Source of the DNA: an uncultured bacterium
Lineage (GTDB): Bacteria; Patescibacteriota; Minisyncoccia; Minisyncoccales; CAZLLZ01
Length of the DNA: 40,452 nt
NCBI GenBank assembly: GCA_965552115.1
Contig: CBEVQU010000001.1
Location: 1 to 40,452, forward strand
Direction of reading: 5' to 3'
The notes under the pieces: model-generated
Databases searched by the model: none
Told to the model about the DNA's origin: nothing
Seen by the model: the letters and a program-made list of their open reading frames with translations, nothing else
Program-made: the position numbers and the translations under genes
Shown here: positions 23,021 to 31,907 of the stretch, one piece after another
Position numbering within the stretch: position 1 is the stretch's first letter
Layout of the letters: each line of letters opens with the position of its first letter

Positions 23021-24550
23021 TTATTTGGCATATTCTACTACTCTTGTTTCTCTTATAACAGTTACTTTTATCTCTCCTGGATATTTGAGCTCTTCTTGGA
23101 TAGCTTTAGCTACTTTTTGAGCTAATTTTTTTATTCCTAAATCATCTATTTTTTCTGGCTCAACGAAAATCCTAATTTCTCTCCCTGCTTGTAAGGCATA
23201 AGATTTTTTAACTCCCTCAAAAGAATTCGCAATTTTCTCTAAACCTTCTAATCTCTTAAGATAATTCTCTAAAGTATCTTTCCTAGCCCCAGGCCTCGAA
23301 GCAGAAATAGCATCAGCTACTTGAACAATTACTGCTTCCAAGGTCTCCGGTTTAAAATCTCCGTGATGAGACTTCATAGCAGAAATTACTTCTTTCTCTA
23401 TGTTAAATTTCTCTAAAACTTTCATTCCTATCTCAACGTGAGAACCTTCCATTTGATGATCAAAAGCTTTCCCTATGTCGTGAAGTAGTCCTGCTTTCTT
23501 TGCTATTTTCTCATCTGCTCCCAATTCTTTTGCTAAAGCTCCTGCTATCAAAGCTACTTCTATTGAATGCAAAAGAACATTCTGACCATAACTTGTCCTA
23601 AAATGAAGCCTTCCTAAAACTCTAATCAGCTTTGGAGGTAAATCAACCACTCCTGTTTCAAAAACCGCTCTTTCTCCTGCCTCTTTTATTTGACCTTCTA
23701 GTTCCTCTTTTGCTCTTTCTACTTCTTCTTCTATTCTAGCAGGTTGAATTCTTCCGTCCTTTATGAGCTTCTCTAAAGCAATTTTAGCAATCTCTCTTCT
23801 TAAAGGATCAAAACTAGAAATTACCACTGTTCCTGGAGTGTCATCTATAATAAGTTCTGTTCCTGTTAGTTTTTCAAAAGTCCTTATATTTCTTCCTTCT
23901 TTACCAATGATTCTTCCTTTTAACTCATCTGAAGGAAGAGGTAAAGTAGTAGTAGTCAACTCTTGAGCTTGAGAAACAGCTATCCTTTGAATTACATCCC
24001 CTAAAATCTCTTTCGCTCTCTTTTTGTATCTCTCTTCCCCTTCTTCTTCTAACTTTCTAATTCGTTCTAAAATATCTCTCCGATACTCTCTCTCTATTTC
24101 TTTAAAAAGTTCTTCTTTCGCTTCTTCTTTTGTCAGTTTTGCAATTTTTTCCAGTTTCTTCTCCAACTTTTCTCTTTTACTTTCTATTTCGCTTTTAATC
24201 TCTTTCAATCTCTCTACCGCCTGGTTATATTTCCTTTCTTTCTCTTCTAAAAGAGTACTCTTTTTATCTAAAAGTTTTTCTCTTTTTAATAAAAGTTTTT
24301 CTCTCTCAAATAACTCTTTTTCTCTCTCTTCTCTTTCTTTCTTTGCTTTCTTTAAAATCATTAAAGATTTCTCTCTTGCTTTTTCCATCATCTCTTCTAT
24401 TTCTTTTTGAGTCTTTTCTATTTTTCGACGAAGCTTCTCTTCTATGGAACCTATTTGTTTTCGAGCAATAGATTGCCTAGCAAAATATCCTAAGATAGAG
24501 CCTATAGATAAAGAAAGGCAAACAATGAATAAAGTTAAAATTTGATTCAT
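23021..24550 (-). CDS. rny: ribonuclease Y
   Basis: N-terminal TM anchor, E/K coiled coil, KH motif [17 protein letters not shown] motif LLHDIGKA. Confidence 0.9.
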   Translation of the reverse strand: MNQILTLFIVCLSLSIGSILGYFARQSIARKQIGSIEEKLRRKIEKTQKEIEEMMEKAREKSLMILKKAKKEREEREKELFEREKLLLKREKLLDKKSTLLEEKERKYNQAVERLKEIKSEIESKREKLEKKLEKIAKLTKEEAKEELFKEIEREYRRDILERIRKLEEEGEERYKKRAKEILGDVIQRIAVSQAQELTTTTLPLPSDELKGRIIGKEGRNIRTFEKLTGTELIIDDTPGTVVISSFDPLRREIAKIALEKLIKDGRIQPARIEEEVERAKEELEGQIKEAGERAVFETGVVDLPPKLIRVLGRLHFRTSYGQNVLLHSIEVALIAGALAKELGADEKIAKKAGLLHDIGKAFDHQMEGSHVEIGMKVLEKFNIEKEVISAMKSHHGDFKPETLEAVIVQVADAISASRPGARKDTLENYLKRLEGLEKIANSFEGVKKSYALQAGREIRIFVEPEKIDDLGIKKLAQKVAKAIQEELKYPGEIKVTVIRETRVVEYAK

Positions 24551-24627
24551 ATTATTTTTTATTTCATCAACAAAAAGAGAAAATACTCTCTGGAGAGAGA
24601 TTTAAATCAATTTTTTCTCTCTGTCTC

Positions 24628-25218
24628 TTAAAGAGAAACTTTGGTTTTTATTATCTCATCTATAATTCCATACTCTTTAGCTTCTTTGGCAGATAAATAA
24701 AAGTCTCTATCTGTATCTTTAGCTATTTTCTTTAAAGGTTGTCCAGTGTGTTTTGCTAAAATTTTATTAAGCTTTTCTCTAATCTTTACAATTTGTTTAG
24801 CGGTAATTTCTATCTCAACTGCTTCCCCGCTTACTCTTCCTGCTACTTGATGGAGTAAAATCTCAGAATTTGGTAAAGCAAATCTCTTTCCTTTTTTTCC
24901 TGCAGCCAAAAGAACCGCTGCCATGGAAGCTGCTAATCCTATACAAATAGTAGAAACATCTGGTTTTACATACTGAATTGTATCGTAGATAGCCAAGCCA
25001 GCAGTAACTGAACCTCCAGGGCTATTTATGTAAAGCTGGATATCTTTTTGAGGATCTTTAGCTGAAAGAAACAAAAGTTGAGCAATGATGGAATTTGCTA
25101 CAGTATCTGTAATAGGCCCTGCTAAAAAAACAATTCTTTCCTTCAAAAGACGAGAATAAATATCATAAGCTCTCTCTCCATATTGAGTTTTCTCAATAAC
25201 TGTAGGAATTAAATTCAT
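24628..25218 (-). CDS. clpP: ATP-dependent Clp protease proteolytic subunit
   Basis: Ser site GLAASMAA, His in LLHQ, Asp in DTDRDFY; 196 aa. Confidence 0.95.
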   Translation of the reverse strand: MNLIPTVIEKTQYGERAYDIYSRLLKERIVFLAGPITDTVANSIIAQLLFLSAKDPQKDIQLYINSPGGSVTAGLAIYDTIQYVKPDVSTICIGLAASMAAVLLAAGKKGKRFALPNSEILLHQVAGRVSGEAVEIEITAKQIVKIREKLNKILAKHTGQPLKKIAKDTDRDFYLSAKEAKEYGIIDEIIKTKVSL

Positions 25219-26498
25219 GCTAATGAAGGAACTAAACTTTCTAGGAAATTTAAAACTTTTTCGTTTCTAATTTCCTCTTCAGTATATAATCTTAGTTTCT
25301 CTAAGTCAACTTCTTTTTCTGCTTCTTTAGGGCTTTTAAATTTTTTAAGATATTGGTTTATTCTTTCATTTATTTCTTGTTCAAAAACTTTAATATTCTC
25401 TTTTTTTGCTATCTCTCTTAAAATTAAGCTTCTTTTTATAAACTCTTTCGATAATTTCAAAAAATACTCCTCAATTTCTTTTTCCTCTTTTTTAATCTTT
25501 TTTAAATATTCCTCAAAAGAGATTTTTAAAGAGGTAGAAATATTCTTTTTAAAATTTTCAATTTGTCTTTCCTTTTCTTTCTCAATCAAAATTTCAGGCA
25601 GTTCTATTTCAGTTTTGGCAGAAATTTTATCTAAAAGTTCTTCTAAAATTCTCTTTTTCTCTTCAATCTCTTTTTCTTTCTTTATCCCTTCTTTTATGCT
25701 TTCTTTTAAGCTAGCTAAATCCTTAAAGTTTCCCAACTCTCTAGCAAACTGATCATCAATTTCAGGAAAAGAAAGGTAAAAAACTTTTTTTAATTTTAAA
25801 ATTATCTCTGTCTCTTTTCCAGCTAACTCTTTTTCTTTATAATCTTTAGGGAAAGTAATTCTTACTTTCTTTTCTTCTCCTTCTTTCATTCCTAAAATCT
25901 CATTCTCAAGATTAGAGATCAGTTTTCCTTTTCCTAAGATAAATTTATCTTCATAGGTTTTACCTTTTTTAAAAACCTCGCTTTTATACTCTATCTCTAC
26001 AAAATCTCCTCTTTCTGCTTTTCCTTTTTTTGGAACAAATTTAACTCTAGAGCTTTGAAGCCATTTTAGGGTCTTTTCAACTTCCTCTTTCTTTACTTCT
26101 ATTTTTTTTCTCTTTATCTTTTTTGCAATCTGTCGATAATCAGGAAGATGAGGAGGAAGAATTGCCCAAACTTCTAACTCAAAAACAAAACAATCCCCTA
26201 ATGAAAGCTTAAGAATTCTGACTAAAGGTTCCCCTATAATTTCTAAATTTTTCTCTGAAATTACCTTTTGATATCCTTTATTAATTAACTTTATAGCTGT
26301 CTCTCTTAGAATCTTTTCTCTTCCTATTTTCCTCTCTAAAATTTCTAAAGGAGCTTTTCCTTTTCGAAAGCCTTCTATCTCTAAATTTTTTCCTAAAAAA
26401 AGTGTAGTTTTCCAAAAAGAATCTTTAAATTCTTCTTTAGAATATTCTATTTTTATTTTAAATTTGGCCTCTCCAATTTTACTGAGAAAACTTTTCAT
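25215..26498 (-). CDS. tig: trigger factor
   Basis: N-terminal ribosome-binding signature GFRKGKAP and trigger-factor domain order. Sits upstream of clpP, as in many bacteria. Confidence 0.85.
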   Translation of the reverse strand: MKSFLSKIGEAKFKIKIEYSKEEFKDSFWKTTLFLGKNLEIEGFRKGKAPLEILERKIGREKILRETAIKLINKGYQKVISEKNLEIIGEPLVRILKLSLGDCFVFELEVWAILPPHLPDYRQIAKKIKRKKIEVKKEEVEKTLKWLQSSRVKFVPKKGKAERGDFVEIEYKSEVFKKGKTYEDKFILGKGKLISNLENEILGMKEGEEKKVRITFPKDYKEKELAGKETEIILKLKKVFYLSFPEIDDQFARELGNFKDLASLKESIKEGIKKEKEIEEKKRILEELLDKISAKTEIELPEILIEKEKERQIENFKKNISTSLKISFEEYLKKIKKEEKEIEEYFLKLSKEFIKRSLILREIAKKENIKVFEQEINERINQYLKKFKSPKEAEKEVDLEKLRLYTEEEIRNEKVLNFLESLVPSLA

Positions 26499-27033
26499 AT
26501 TTCATTTTGAATCTTCTTGCGCTTTCTTTAATTAATTTTTCTGCTTCTTTTTTTCCTTTCCATCCTTTAATTTTTACAAACTTTCCTTTTTCTAACTTTT
26601 TGTAATCTGAGAAAAAACTCTCAATTTCTTTTTTAATATGGCTGTTTAAATCTTTTACATCTTTTATTTCTAAAAATCGAGGGTCCACCTTTTCTTGAGG
26701 CAAAGCTATTATTTTGTCATCTTTTCCTTTCTCATCTTCCATTACTAATATGCCAATTGGTCTTCCTTTTACAATACATCCTGGAAAAAGAGAAAAGGTA
26801 CTTAACAAAACCACATCTAAAGGATCGCCATCTTCAGAAAGAGTCTGAGGAATAAACCCGTAATTAAAAGGAAAAAATAAGCTAGAATACAAAACTCTAT
26901 CTAATATAAAATAACCTTTTTCTTCTTGATATTCGTATTTATTTTTTTCACCTTTTGGAATTTCTACAACAATATTTATTTCTTTTGGAATTTTTTCACC
27001 AGAAGGAATATTTTTGTATAAATTGACCATCAT
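26479..27033 (-). CDS. ppa: family I inorganic pyrophosphatase
   Basis: EIPKG..NKYE and DGDPLDVVLL active-site blocks. Confidence 0.9.
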   Translation of the reverse strand: MMVNLYKNIPSGEKIPKEINIVVEIPKGEKNKYEYQEEKGYFILDRVLYSSLFFPFNYGFIPQTLSEDGDPLDVVLLSTFSLFPGCIVKGRPIGILVMEDEKGKDDKIIALPQEKVDPRFLEIKDVKDLNSHIKKEIESFFSDYKKLEKGKFVKIKGWKGKKEAEKLIKESARRFKMKYEKFSQ

Positions 27034-27041
27034 TTTATTTT

Positions 27042-28208
27042 TTATTTTTTTTCTTCTTTTTTATTTTCTTCTTTTTTCTCTTCCTCTATTTTGTCTATCT
27101 CTTCTTCAGCCTTCACATCTATTTTCCAACCTGTTAAAAGGGCAGCTAGTCTCACATTTTGTCCATCTTTCCCAATAGCTAAAGAAAGTTGATCTTTTGG
27201 CACTATGCAAAGAGCTTTATTTTTAGGTAAAAGTTCTACTTTTAACACTTTTGCAGGCGAAAGGGCATTAGCAATATACTTTTTAGGATCTTCTGACCAC
27301 TCGATTACATCTATTTTTTCTCCACCTAATTCATTAATTATCCCCATCACTCTCATCCCTCTTTGGCCGACTGTAGCTCCTATTGGGTCTAATTCTTTTA
27401 CTTTCGAAAAAACAGCTATTTTTGTTCTTGAGCCTGCCTCTCTTGCTATACTTTTTATTTCCACTTCTCCAGAAGCAATTTCTGGCACTTCTAACTCAAA
27501 TAATTTGGTCACTAATTTAGGATAAGCTCTAGATAAAAACACCACCGGACCTTTTGGGGTTTCTTCTACTTTTAAAACGTAAACTTTTAATCTCTGCTCT
27601 GGTCTATAAAATTCACCAGGAATTTGTTCTCCTTTTGGTAAAACCCCTAATGTCTTTCCTATATCTAAAAAAACTTTCTCACCTTCTATTCTTTGAACTA
27701 CTCCTGAAATAACTTCTCCTTCTTTCTGTTTATACTCTTGATAAATAGATTCTCTTTCGGCTTCTTTTACTTTCTGTAAAATAACTTGCTTTGCTGTTTG
27801 AGCAGCAATTCTTCCAAATTTCTCACGAGAAGGAAGGGGAATTTTTATTTCTTCTCCTACTTTTATTTTTGGATTAATTTTCTTTGCCTCTTCTAAAAGA
27901 ATATGTCTTTGAGGGTTAAATTTTATCTTTCCTTCTAATTCTTCTTTCTTTAATTTCCCTTTTTGAAGATCTTTTATTTCTTTATCACTTAAGAGCTGAT
28001 CTTTATCAACCGCAATTTTCACTCTCCAAAATTTAGCTTTGCCAGTTTTGGGATCTAATTTAGCTACAATTTTTTGTCCTTTTTCCCCATATTCCTTTTT
28101 ATAAGCTGCAGCTATTGCTTGCTCAACAATCTCCATTACCTTTTCTCTAGAAATTCCCCTTTCTTCTGCTAATTGATAGACAGCTGAAGTAAAAGTTTTT
28201 AGATCCAT
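27042..28208 (-). CDS. nusA: transcription termination/antitermination factor NusA
   Basis: N-terminal domain, S1 (GEVISGVVQRIEGEKVFLDIG), two KH domains (GQRGMRV; IGKDGQNVRLA). Confidence 0.9.
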   Translation of the reverse strand: MDLKTFTSAVYQLAEERGISREKVMEIVEQAIAAAYKKEYGEKGQKIVAKLDPKTGKAKFWRVKIAVDKDQLLSDKEIKDLQKGKLKKEELEGKIKFNPQRHILLEEAKKINPKIKVGEEIKIPLPSREKFGRIAAQTAKQVILQKVKEAERESIYQEYKQKEGEVISGVVQRIEGEKVFLDIGKTLGVLPKGEQIPGEFYRPEQRLKVYVLKVEETPKGPVVFLSRAYPKLVTKLFELEVPEIASGEVEIKSIAREAGSRTKIAVFSKVKELDPIGATVGQRGMRVMGIINELGGEKIDVIEWSEDPKKYIANALSPAKVLKVELLPKNKALCIVPKDQLSLAIGKDGQNVRLAALLTGWKIDVKAEEEIDKIEEEKKEENKKEEKK

Positions 28209-28226
28209 ACTTTATATATAAATTTT

Positions 28227-28244
28227 GTCCGTTTTCTAACGGAC
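28227..28244. terminator. 7-bp hairpin between the 7TM gene and nusA (possible attenuator or weak terminator)
   Basis: GTCCGTT-TTCT-AACGGAC. The T5 run lies only on the plus side, so function on the minus strand is uncertain. Confidence 0.3.
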
Positions 28245-28267
28245 TTTTTCATTATTAGAAATTTCTC

Positions 28268-29356
28268 TCATTTTGTCAAATCTTTTTTCTTAAATTTTTT
28301 AATTTCCTCCTCTAACTTCCTTATTTTCTCTTTAAGTTGGGCCATTTTTAATTCTCTTCCAACAGTTAATCTATAAAACTTATCTAATTCTTCTACTCTT
28401 TTTTGAAGCTCTTTTGTTCTCTTTTTTACTTTCTCTTCTAAAGTAAGATTTAATCTCTTAATCTCAGAAAGAGCTTTTTCTAGTTTCTCTTTCTGTTTTA
28501 TTTCTTTTAGCACAGCTTTAATAAGAAGTGCTCCTAAGATTAAAAAAAGAAGAAAAAGGGAAAGAGACCAAATAAACTGGAAAGGGCTTTCTCTAAAAAG
28601 AAAAATTTGTAAAACCAAAAGGATAGAAGTTAAACCTACTAACATCTCTACTAAGATTACCTTAATTCCAAAAAGCTTTCTCTTTACAATAGAAAGAGCA
28701 ACAAAGAAAAGAAAAAATATAGCTGAATAATCACCAAACTGATAATATTTGAAAGTTCCTTTATAAAGAGGAAAAAAGACATTAAAAATTAAATTAAAAC
28801 CAGCAAATAAAAAACTTCCAATCAAAAAATATTTAATTTTTAATTTTTCTAAAGAAGAAAGAGAGAAATAATCTCTAGTAAGATTAAATAAAATAAGGAA
28901 AGTTAAGAAAACAACAGATACAAGAAATGGATGAAAAAGAGAACCTCCTTTTATTTCGCTTCCCCATTCAGTTTTTTCTACTTCCTTTACTAAAAGACCA
29001 GTGAAAATTGAAATAAAAATAAAAACAGAAGATATAAAAATAACTAGCAAATCCAGAAAAAGATGACTTTTCTTTCTTTTTGGAAAAGAAAGAGAAAAGA
29101 AATAAAGAAATAGAAAAAAAGAGAAAACAGCAGAAATATTTACCCTACACCAAAAACAAGCAACAAAAGGTCTTTCTGAGAAATTGCACAAAAAACCAAA
29201 AATTATCCATCCTATAATTGAGAGGGTAATTAAAAAGAAGAATTGATTGATTCGAGACTTTTTTCCAGAAAGTAAAACCCACATTCCCAGCCAAAAAGCG
29301 AAAGCTGATGTAAAAGCGACAAATATTTTATGAAGAGAGAGAGATATATCTAACAT
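28268..29356 (-). CDS. polytopic (about 7-9 TM) membrane protein with C-terminal cytoplasmic coiled coil; no recognisable output domain
   Basis: Many hydrophobic helices over ~280 aa, then KQKEKLEKALSEIKRLNLTLEEKVKKRTKELQKRVEELDKF... The layout resembles the sensor part of 7TM histidine kinases, but there is no H-box or ATPase. Confidence 0.5.
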   Translation of the reverse strand: MLDISLSLHKIFVAFTSAFAFWLGMWVLLSGKKSRINQFFFLITLSIIGWIIFGFLCNFSERPFVACFWCRVNISAVFSFFLFLYFFSLSFPKRKKSHLFLDLLVIFISSVFIFISIFTGLLVKEVEKTEWGSEIKGGSLFHPFLVSVVFLTFLILFNLTRDYFSLSSLEKLKIKYFLIGSFLFAGFNLIFNVFFPLYKGTFKYYQFGDYSAIFFLFFVALSIVKRKLFGIKVILVEMLVGLTSILLVLQIFLFRESPFQFIWSLSLFLLFLILGALLIKAVLKEIKQKEKLEKALSEIKRLNLTLEEKVKKRTKELQKRVEELDKFYRLTVGRELKMAQLKEKIRKLEEEIKKFKKKDLTK

Positions 29357-29718
29357 AAGATGTTTTCAAAATGATATAATTTTGCTCTTTTTTCATCTTT
29401 AAGAATCTCTATTGAGATAACATCTATTTGCCAAAAACAATCCAGCAACCTTCTCTCTGTTAAAAAGAATTCAGCTGTCTTTTTTATTTTTTTTATTTTA
29501 ATAAAGTTTACTTTTTCTTCTCCTTTTATCAAAGAAGAAGTAGTTTTCACTTCTACAAAAATAATTGTCTCTCCTTTTTGAGCAACTATATCTATTTCAC
29601 CAAAAAAAGGCTTTATCTTCTTTGGAATGTAATTTTTCTCTAAAATTTTGTAGCCTTTCTTCTTTAAATATTCTTCAGCTATTTTCTCTCCTATTTCCCC
29701 TAATTTTTTCTTCTCCAT
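29350..29718 (-). CDS. yraN: YraN-family (UPF0102) endonuclease-fold protein
   Basis: GEIDIVA....IIFVEVKT core; 122 aa. ATG lies 1 nt after the tRNA-Ala(CGC) discriminator. Confidence 0.8.
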   Translation of the reverse strand: MEKKKLGEIGEKIAEEYLKKKGYKILEKNYIPKKIKPFFGEIDIVAQKGETIIFVEVKTTSSLIKGEEKVNFIKIKKIKKTAEFFLTERRLLDCFWQIDVISIEILKDEKRAKLYHFENILC

Positions 29719-29719
29719 A

Positions 29720-29790
29720 TGGACTCGGAGGGAATCGAACCCTCATCTCCACAATGCGAATGTGGTGTTTTACCATTAAACTACGAGCCC
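29720..29790 (-). tRNA. tRNA-Ala, anticodon CGC
   Basis: Acceptor GGGCTCG/CGAGTCC with G3:U70, A73, anticodon stem CCACA/TGTGG, loop TTCGCAT, T-arm GAGGG-TTCGATT-CCCTC. Confidence 0.9.
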
Positions 29791-30227
29791 TTCTTCTCTC
29801 TTAAAACTTTTATCAATTTAGAAAATCTAGCAAAAATAAAAATAGCTACCACTTCTAAAGTAGTCTGGGAAGCCTGCTGAAGAGAATCTAAAGAAAAACC
29901 TTTTTCTGTAAAACAAAAGTATTCTTTAGTAAGAAAATTTATCAAATAAAGAGAGACGGTCAACCCTATCCATGCATAAACAAACCACTCCCCTTGTCTT
30001 TCCACTTCTTTCTCTCCCAGCCATCTCAACATTTCTTTGTGAGCAGAATATATCAGTAAAACTCCTATGTAAAAAGTTCCAAATCGAGAAGGAGGGAAGT
30101 ATCCTCTTCCAAAAAATTCCAACAGAATAAAAACCATAGCTAAAATAGTAGTCACGGCACATATCGAAAATAAATGTCTATTTATAGAGGTTTCTATTTT
30201 TTTAATTTCTGAAAAATTTTTGGGCAT
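29781..30227 (-). CDS. polytopic membrane protein, unknown function
   Basis: 148 aa from ATG 30227 (MPKNFSEIKK..) with about 4 TM helices. The ORF-track extension to 30266 reads into tRNA-Pro. The stop TAG is nucleotides 8-10 of tRNA-Ala(CGC). Confidence 0.55.
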   Translation of the reverse strand: MPKNFSEIKKIETSINRHLFSICAVTTILAMVFILLEFFGRGYFPPSRFGTFYIGVLLIYSAHKEMLRWLGEKEVERQGEWFVYAWIGLTVSLYLINFLTKEYFCFTEKGFSLDSLQQASQTTLEVVAIFIFARFSKLIKVLREKKGS

Positions 30228-30234
30228 TTTCTCT

Positions 30235-30305
30235 TCGGGGTACCCAGAATCGAACTGGGACACCACCCTCCCGAAGGGTGGATGCTACCTTTACATCATA
30301 CCCCG
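30235..30305 (-). tRNA. tRNA-Pro, anticodon CGG
   Basis: Acceptor CGGGGTA/TACCCCG, A73, anticodon stem CACCC/GGGTG, loop TTCGGGA, T-arm CCCAG-TTCGATT-CTGGG. Confidence 0.9.
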
Positions 30306-30312
30306 ATAGAAT

Positions 30313-31761
30313 TTAACTAATCCAGTATTTCTTTTTAGTCATCTCATCCCTCTTTATAATTATCTCTTCTCTTTTTTTTCTTGATTTCTCTGCTAATTTA
30401 TTTAATTCCTCATTGGAAATTTTTCCTAGCTCTTTAACTCTTTTCTCTAAATAACTTCTTTTATTCTTTCTAGGGTCTTCCAAGACTTCTCCAAGTAAAA
30501 TATCTAATATTTTTCCTACTTTAGGTCCAGGACCAATCTTTAAAATTTCCATAACTTTGTTTCCATTTATCTTCAACATCTTCACATCCAAGGGGTCCTG
30601 AGATACCTTCTCTACCATATAAAGAAAATGTCTTAACCTATAAGGTAAAGCTTTAGGACATCCTGAACCTATTCTGTCTGCCATCCTTAATTGAACTAGC
30701 TCTTTTATGTTTTCTGGCCCTACTTTTCTTAAAAGCCTTCTTACTGAGCTTTCTCCCACCTCACCTACATTATAGTAAAATAGATGATATCTTACCAGTT
30801 TAACTATCTTTTCAATATCTTTTTTAGGAAAGCGCAACCTACTCAAAATTTGAGCTGTCATTTTAGCTCCAACAATCTCATGATTGTAAAAGGTAGCATC
30901 TGGTCCCTCTCCTCTTTTTGTTCGAGGTTTCCCAATATCATGAAAGAGAGCAGCTAATCTTACATATTTGTTAAATCCTTTTTTAGCTGCGAAATCTAAA
31001 GATCTTAAAGCATGCTCATAGCAATCATAAATATGATGTTTATTTTGAGAAACTTTATATCCTTCTAAAAGTTCTGGCACAATATATTTTAAAAGTCCTA
31101 ACTTTCTCAAAAGTTCAACTCCTTTAGCTGCATTTTCTGAAAGGATTATTTTTAAAAATTCATCTCTTATCCTTTCTTTTGAAATAAAATTTAACAAATG
31201 AGCATTCTCTCTTATGGCCCTTTCTGTCTCTTTTTCAATCTTAAAATTTAAAGTAGTAGCAAATCTAACTGCTCTCATTAATCTTAAAGCATCTTCTGAA
31301 AATCTCTCTTTTGGATTTCCTACCGCCCTTATGATCTTTCTTTCTAAATCTTTTCTTCCTCCAAAAGGATCTATAATTTCGCCTTTTCTGTTTGCAGCAA
31401 TAGCATTAATTGTAAAATCTCTCCTAGATAAATCCTCTTTTATTGTTTTTGCCCAGGAAATCTTATCAGGATGTCTTTTATCTGAATATCTTTCGTCTAT
31501 TCTAAAAGGAGTAACTTCCACTTCTTTCAAAGTAGGATCTTTAGAATTTGTCAAAATAGTGACCGTCCCAAATTTATTATCAAGATAACTCGCAGGAAAG
31601 ATTTTTTTGATATCTTTTGGTTTAGCAGAAGTAGTAATATCCCAATCTAGAGGTTTTACTCCTCTCAAGATATCTCTCACGCACCCTCCCACGATAAAAG
31701 CTTGAAACCTCTTTTTCTCTAATTTTTCTAATATTTCTTTTATTTCTTTTGGAATTTTCAT
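30313..31761 (-). CDS. cca: CCA-adding tRNA nucleotidyltransferase with HD domain
   Basis: Pol-beta head GGCVRD and DWDITT, HD motif LFHDIGKP; 482 aa. Confidence 0.9.
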   Translation of the reverse strand: MKIPKEIKEILEKLEKKRFQAFIVGGCVRDILRGVKPLDWDITTSAKPKDIKKIFPASYLDNKFGTVTILTNSKDPTLKEVEVTPFRIDERYSDKRHPDKISWAKTIKEDLSRRDFTINAIAANRKGEIIDPFGGRKDLERKIIRAVGNPKERFSEDALRLMRAVRFATTLNFKIEKETERAIRENAHLLNFISKERIRDEFLKIILSENAAKGVELLRKLGLLKYIVPELLEGYKVSQNKHHIYDCYEHALRSLDFAAKKGFNKYVRLAALFHDIGKPRTKRGEGPDATFYNHEIVGAKMTAQILSRLRFPKKDIEKIVKLVRYHLFYYNVGEVGESSVRRLLRKVGPENIKELVQLRMADRIGSGCPKALPYRLRHFLYMVEKVSQDPLDVKMLKINGNKVMEILKIGPGPKVGKILDILLGEVLEDPRKNKRSYLEKRVKELGKISNEELNKLAEKSRKKREEIIIKRDEMTKKKYWIS

Positions 31762-31770
31762 CTTTATGAA

Positions 31771-31799
31771 ATAATATCTTAAGAGTTGCTTTTTTTCAA
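31771..31799 (-). promoter_or_regulatory. sigma70-like promoter (TTGAAA-N17-TATTAT) for cca
   Basis: -35 at 31799..31794, -10 at 31776..31771. 9 nt to ATG 31761. Confidence 0.5.
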
Positions 31800-31814
31800 T
31801 TTTTTCTTTAAAAT
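31786..31814 (+). promoter_or_regulatory. sigma70-like promoter (TTGCTT-N17-TAAAAT) for tRNA-Arg(UCG)
   Basis: -35 at 31786-31791, -10 at 31809-31814. There are exactly 6 nt before tRNA nucleotide 1 (31821). Confidence 0.5.
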
Positions 31815-31820
31815 AGAATT

Positions 31821-31893
31821 GCCCCTGTGGTGAAACTGGATATCACGCGAGGCTTCGGACCTCGAGTTGAGGGTTCGAGTCCTTCCAGGGGCA
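31821..31893 (+). tRNA. tRNA-Arg, anticodon UCG
   Basis: Acceptor GCCCCTG/CAGGGGC, A73, anticodon stem CGAGG/CCTCG, loop CTTCGGA, T-arm GAGGG-TTCGAGT-CCTTC. Confidence 0.9.
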
Positions 31894-31907
31894 TTTATTA
31901 AAGAAAA

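Noticed and set aside
24024-24410. Antisense or out-of-frame ORFs from the six-frame track: 1014-1235, 2425-2670, 3409-3717, 4737-4928, 7155-7388, 8604-9023, 10286-10519, 10682-10885, 12518-12703, 20023-20373, 21739-21927, 22928-23125, 23763-23966, 24024-24410, 27205-27525, 29565-29804, 29926-30162, 31214-31588, 35204-35413, 35995-36207, 36445-36672, 37262-37504.
   Set aside because: Each lies inside a longer ORF with clear family motifs, mostly on the opposite strand. Their S/F/L-rich low-complexity composition is what the reverse complement of K/E-rich AT-rich coding sequence produces. None has its own promoter or start context.
31762-31820. Strand switch (long minus-strand run on the left, plus-strand run on the right) as a possible replication origin.
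   Set aside because: The spacer is only 59 bp and is fully accounted for by two promoters. No DnaA-box-like TTATCCACA repeats or AT-rich unwinding repeats are visible, and dnaA/dnaN are not nearby. GC skew could not be computed by eye.
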